Assembly (NCBI RefSeq): GCF_000284455.1
Contig: NC_017039.1
Coordinates: forward strand, 2,760,001 to 2,792,000
Length of the DNA stretch: 32,000 bases
Source: Synechocystis sp. PCC 6803 substr. PCC-P
GTDB taxonomy: Bacteria; Cyanobacteriota; Cyanobacteriia; Cyanobacteriales; Microcystaceae
Direction: 5' to 3'
Notes under the pieces: model-generated
Seen by the model: the letters and a program-made list of their open reading frames with translations, nothing else
Database searches by the model: none
Told to the model about the DNA's origin: nothing
Shown: positions 28,752 to 32,000 of the stretch, piece after piece
How positions within the stretch are numbered: position 1 is the first letter of the stretch
Layout of the letters: the number at the start of each line of letters is the position of its first letter
Made by a program: the position numbers and the translations under genes

Positions 28752-28881
28752 AATTCTTACTCTTCAGTGCATAGACTATGGGATGAATCTGCCCTAAAAA
28801 TAAAGTTTGGCAAAAATTCCCCCGATCAGTTATGATATTCGAAGCGACGCGGGATAGAGCAGTCTGGTAGCTCGTCGGGCT

Positions 28882-29536
28882 CAGGTCGCAAGATGTAAAC
28901 CATGAGCACTAAGCTTAAGGGTGACATTGCAGAGCAAGCCGCCATTCTTCGTGCATTGAAGCTTGGTTGGGGGGTTCTGAAGCCATTGGGAGACCGTCTT
29001 TCTTACGATTTGGTCTTTGATGTCGAAGGGATCCTTCTGAAGGTGCAGGTTAAAAGCTCCTGGTTCAGCGAAAAGACTGGCAACTATGTTGTTGACAATC
29101 GCAGAACAAGGACAAACAGAAGAAACATTGTTAGATCTCCTTATCGTGGGAATGACTTTGATTTTGCTGTTGCCTACGTCGAAGAACTTGAGCTGTTTTA
29201 CGTCTTCCCGGTTGATGTCTTTATCAGTTACGGCAGTGAAATTCACCTGGTCGAAACTGATAAGCGTCAGAGAAAACCAAGGTCATTCGGTTACCGAGAG
29301 GCTTGGCATCTCATCTTGCAAAAAGGGGCTGCGCAAAAGGAAACTTCTGCGTGATTATCTCTCAAATTCGGGGAAGCCTTTCAAATGGTAATCCCGAGCC
29401 AAACCTAGGAATGCTTGGTGTTTCTGGGAAGGTGTAGAGACTTAATGGGAGACACCCTAACAGAAAAGCTGAGGGTGAAGAGAAAGTCCAGACCACAAAC
29501 TGACAGAGTCAGGCAGTGAAAACTGTAGTTGGTAAG
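28882..29536 (+). mobile_element. Group I self-splicing intron (655 bp) in tRNA-fMet
   Basis: Exon-intron junctions follow group I rules (U before the 5' splice site, G as last intron nucleotide). The 3' part carries group I core-like segments (CAGAAAAGCTGAGGGTGAAGAGAAAGTCCAGACCAC...GACAGAGTCAGGCAGTG). Encodes a nuclease ORF. Confidence 0.94.
28902..29354 (+). CDS. Intron-encoded homing endonuclease, PD-(D/E)XK type (I-Ssp6803I-like)
   Basis: 150 aa entirely inside the intron (MSTKLKGDIAEQAAILRALKLGWGVLKPLGDRLSYDLVFDVEGILLKVQVKSSWFSEKTG...). E-...-YDLVFD-...-LLKVQVKSS fits the PD-(D/E)XK nuclease pattern. Confidence 0.93.
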   Translation: MSTKLKGDIAEQAAILRALKLGWGVLKPLGDRLSYDLVFDVEGILLKVQVKSSWFSEKTGNYVVDNRRTRTNRRNIVRSPYRGNDFDFAVAYVEELELFYVFPVDVFISYGSEIHLVETDKRQRKPRSFGYREAWHLILQKGAAQKETSA

Positions 29537-29647
29537 CATAACCCGAAGGTCGGTGGTTCAAATCCGCCTCCCGCCATTAAAAAAAAAGAAAAAAATTCCC
29601 CCCGCCGGATAATGGTTGGGGGGTTTGTTTTATTCAATCTAAAGTTT

Positions 29648-30829
29648 ATGGCTACTGGTTCCACTGCCTACACTTGGCTAGACGATGCTCTAGAAACTAT
29701 TCAGCGGGCCCATTGGCATCGCCATCCCCAGATAATTACCCAAGGGCCAGGGCCAGAAATTAAGTTGGAGGGGCAACGGCTAGTTAATTTTGCTAGCAAT
29801 GATTATCTTGGCTTAGCTAGCCATCCCCACCTAAAAACAGCGGCCATTAAGGCGATCGCCGAATGGGGAACCGGCAGTACAGGTTCCCGGTTGCTGAGTG
29901 GCCACCGTCAGCTCCATCAAGACTTGGAACAGGCCATTGCCCGCTGGAAGGGGACGGAAGCCGCTTTGGTGTTCAGTTCTGGCTATTTGGCTAATTTGGG
30001 CACCATCACGGCGTTGGTGGGTAAACGGGATTTGATTTTAGCGGACGAATATAACCATTCCAGTCTGAAGCGTGGAGCCCAGTTGAGTGGAGCCAAGGTA
30101 ATTAACTATGACCATGGGTGCCCAGAGGTTTTGACCGATCTATTAATGAAACATCGAGACAATCACCGTCGTTGTTTGATTCTCAGTGATGGGGTGTTCA
30201 GTATGGATGGCGATTTATGTCCCTTGCCCCAGTTAGTGGCGATCGCCGAAGAATTTCAAAGCATGTTGCTAGTGGACGATGCCCATGGCACTGGCACTAT
30301 GGGAAAAATGGGCACGGGCTGTCGAGAACACTTTCAGTTACCGGTGGGAGATTGGATTCAGGTGGGAACCCTCAGTAAAGCTCTGGGGAGCCTGGGGGGT
30401 TATGTGGCTGGTAGTGCATCTTTGATAGATTTTCTGCGCAATCGAGCTGCCACTTGGATTTATACCACCGGCCTTTCACCGGCTGACACCGCCGCTGCCC
30501 TGGCGGCCATCCAACTGATCCAACGGGAACCAGAACGCATTGTCCAACTCCAGCTCAACGTTGATTACCTAGCCACAGGGTTGGAAAGTCTGACAAAATT
30601 AAACTTTCGGCGATCGCCAATTAATTCCCCCATCCTCTGGGTAGGGGCCGCCAATCCAGCCATGGCTCTGGAAATGGCCAAGCATTTACGAGAACAGGGC
30701 ATTTTTGCCCCGGCCATTCGTCCCCCCACGGTTCCCCACAGTCGAATACGTTTTTCGGTCATGGCCACCCACTCCCCAGGGCACATTGACCAACTATTAG
30801 AAGTACTGGACCACTATTACCCCAATTAG
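29648..30829 (+). CDS. bioF: 8-amino-7-oxononanoate synthase (PLP-dependent alpha-oxoamine synthase)
   Basis: Start at ATG 29648 ([23 protein letters not shown]). [61 protein letters not shown]. Confidence 0.9.
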
Positions 30830-30986
30830 AGTTGCCTTTGACGGTGCATAGTTGTCAGTCTCCCTACTTACCCCTTGAACATCACATCCCCGCCATGGGA
30901 CAGTGAACTCAGTAGAGGTTTTGGTTAAACTGAAAGTGAAACCAGCCATATCTTTTGATTTTTCACAGTAAGAGTAAGCATTATCA

Positions 30987-31748
30987 ATGGGCGACACTAT
31001 TACCCTCCTTTCCCGCCGAGAAATAGAAAAAATGCGGCAGGCGGGCCAACTAGCGGCGGCCCTACTTGATCACCTAGCGCCAATGGTGCAACCGGGCATA
31101 ACTACCCTAGAGCTGAATGACGAAGCGGAAAAATGGACGAAAGCCCACGGAGCCATCAGCGCCCCCCTTGGTTATAACGGTTTCCCCAAGTCTATTTGCA
31201 CCAGCATCAATGAAGTTATCTGCCATGGCATTCCCCACCGCAAACGGGTATTGCAGGCAGGAGACATCATCAACGTTGACGTTACCCCCATTGTGGACGG
31301 CTACCATGGCGACTGTTCCCGCACCTTTTTTGTCGGTACTCCCAGCCCAGTGGCAGAAAAACTGGTCAAAGTCACCGAAGAATGTCTACGCCTAGGCATT
31401 GAAGCAGTTAAACCCGGCGGTAAAATTGGTGATATTGGGGCCGCCATTCAAAGCCACGCTGAAGCCCAGGGATTTTCCGTTGTTCGTGATTTTGTTGGCC
31501 ACGGCATTAGCAAAATTTTCCATACCGCTCCCCAAATTCCCCATTATGGCAAAGCAGGCAAAGGCAAAAGATTACGCCCAGGGATGGTGTTTACCATTGA
31601 GCCCATGATCAATGAAGGCACCTGGGAAGCGGTATTACTAGATGATGGTTGGACTGCCATCACCAAGGACGGTAAGCTCTCCGCCCAGTTTGAGCACACC
31701 ATTGCCGTCACTGAAGATGGAGTGGAAATTTTGACCCTAGGGGAGTAA
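30987..31748 (+). CDS. map: Type I methionine aminopeptidase
   Basis: 253 aa. NEVICHGIPHRKRVLQAGDIINVDVTPIVDGYHGDCSRTF, VVRDFVGHGISKIFHTAPQIPHYG, GMVFTIEPMI, QFEHTIAVTEDGVEILT. Confidence 0.97.
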   Translation: MGDTITLLSRREIEKMRQAGQLAAALLDHLAPMVQPGITTLELNDEAEKWTKAHGAISAPLGYNGFPKSICTSINEVICHGIPHRKRVLQAGDIINVDVTPIVDGYHGDCSRTFFVGTPSPVAEKLVKVTEECLRLGIEAVKPGGKIGDIGAAIQSHAEAQGFSVVRDFVGHGISKIFHTAPQIPHYGKAGKGKRLRPGMVFTIEPMINEGTWEAVLLDDGWTAITKDGKLSAQFEHTIAVTEDGVEILTLGE

Positions 31749-31753
31749 ATACG

Positions 31754-32000
31754 GTGAAAAGTTGGCAAATCGAACTTTTATACGACGGTGAATGTCCCCT
31801 TTGTCTGAGGGAAGTTAATTTTCTCCGTAGTAAAGACCAGGGCCGGGGCTTAGTTAACTTTGTGGACATTGCTCAGCCGGACTACAATCCCCTAGACCAT
31901 GGCGGTGTCAGTTTTGAGGATGCCATGGCCCGTATCCATGGGGTGAAGGCTGACGGCAGTGTGGTAAAAAATGTGGCCGTTTTCCGAGAAGTTTACGAAA
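31754..32000 (+). CDS. DCC-family (DUF393) thiol-disulfide oxidoreductase-like protein, partial
   Basis: GTG start, MKSWQIELLYDGECPLCLREVNFLRSKDQGRGLVNFVDIAQPDYNP..., open to the right edge; YDGECPLC is the DCC signature. Confidence 0.85.
   Translation, partial: MKSWQIELLYDGECPLCLREVNFLRSKDQGRGLVNFVDIAQPDYNPLDHGGVSFEDAMARIHGVKADGSVVKNVAVFREVYE

Larger units (their letters stand above)
28848..29576 (+). tRNA. Initiator tRNA-fMet (CAU), interrupted by an intron in the anticodon loop
   Basis: 5' exon 28848-28881 CGCGGGATAGAGCAGTCTGGTAGCTCGTCGGGCT; 3' exon 29537-29576 CATAACCCGAAGGTCGGTGGTTCAAATCCGCCTCCCGCCA. Joined length is 74 nt: acceptor stem GCGGGA/TCCCGC with unpaired 1:72, GGG/CCC anticodon-stem pairs typical of initiators, CCA not encoded. 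Confidence 0.96.

Noticed and set aside
28881-29246. Minus-strand 121-aa ORF in the intron
   Set aside because: Antisense shadow of the homing endonuclease ORF, with no nuclease-like motif.
29516-29647. N-terminal extension of the bioF ORF starting inside the intron and tRNA 3' exon
   Set aside because: It would translate the tRNA exon ([13 protein letters not shown]); ATG 29648 begins the natural BioF N-terminus.
1-32000. CRISPR arrays, retrons, toxin-antitoxin or phage defence systems
   Set aside because: No regularly spaced repeats, reverse transcriptase or defence-like gene set was found. The only nuclease is the intron homing enzyme.

Overview
The gene content and order look like a chromosomal segment of a Synechocystis sp. 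PCC 6803-type cyanobacterium. This identification is from recall of the gene order and the HIP1 (GCGATCGC) repeats, not from a database search. From left to right the window contains: a partial minus-strand TPR protein; a TetR-family regulator plus MATE efflux pair (prqR-prqA); a very large non-classical CBM2/GH9 protein; nirA behind an NtcA-type promoter; cynS; a compact molybdenum-cofactor run (moeA, moaA, a moaC-mobA fusion, moaD, moaE); a small conserved-looking ORF; comM; a B12-binding radical-SAM (BchE-like) gene; and psbB. After psbB comes a glycan or cell-surface type block: a duplicated glycosyltransferase-like protein fused to an FkbM methyltransferase, a coiled-coil FkbM methyltransferase, a class I methyltransferase and two large AT-rich membrane proteins. 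The right end has an initiator tRNA-fMet split by a 655-bp group I intron encoding a homing endonuclease, then bioF, map and a partial DCC/DUF393 protein. No CRISPR array, intact transposase or prophage was seen. The strongest elements are the intron-split tRNA (known biology) and a detached copy of the C-terminal CxxC tail of the neighbouring membrane protein. Other items worth a look are the TetR operator pair, the nirA promoter architecture, the unusual cellulase-like architecture, and a HIP1-poor stretch at about 22.2-29.8 kb.
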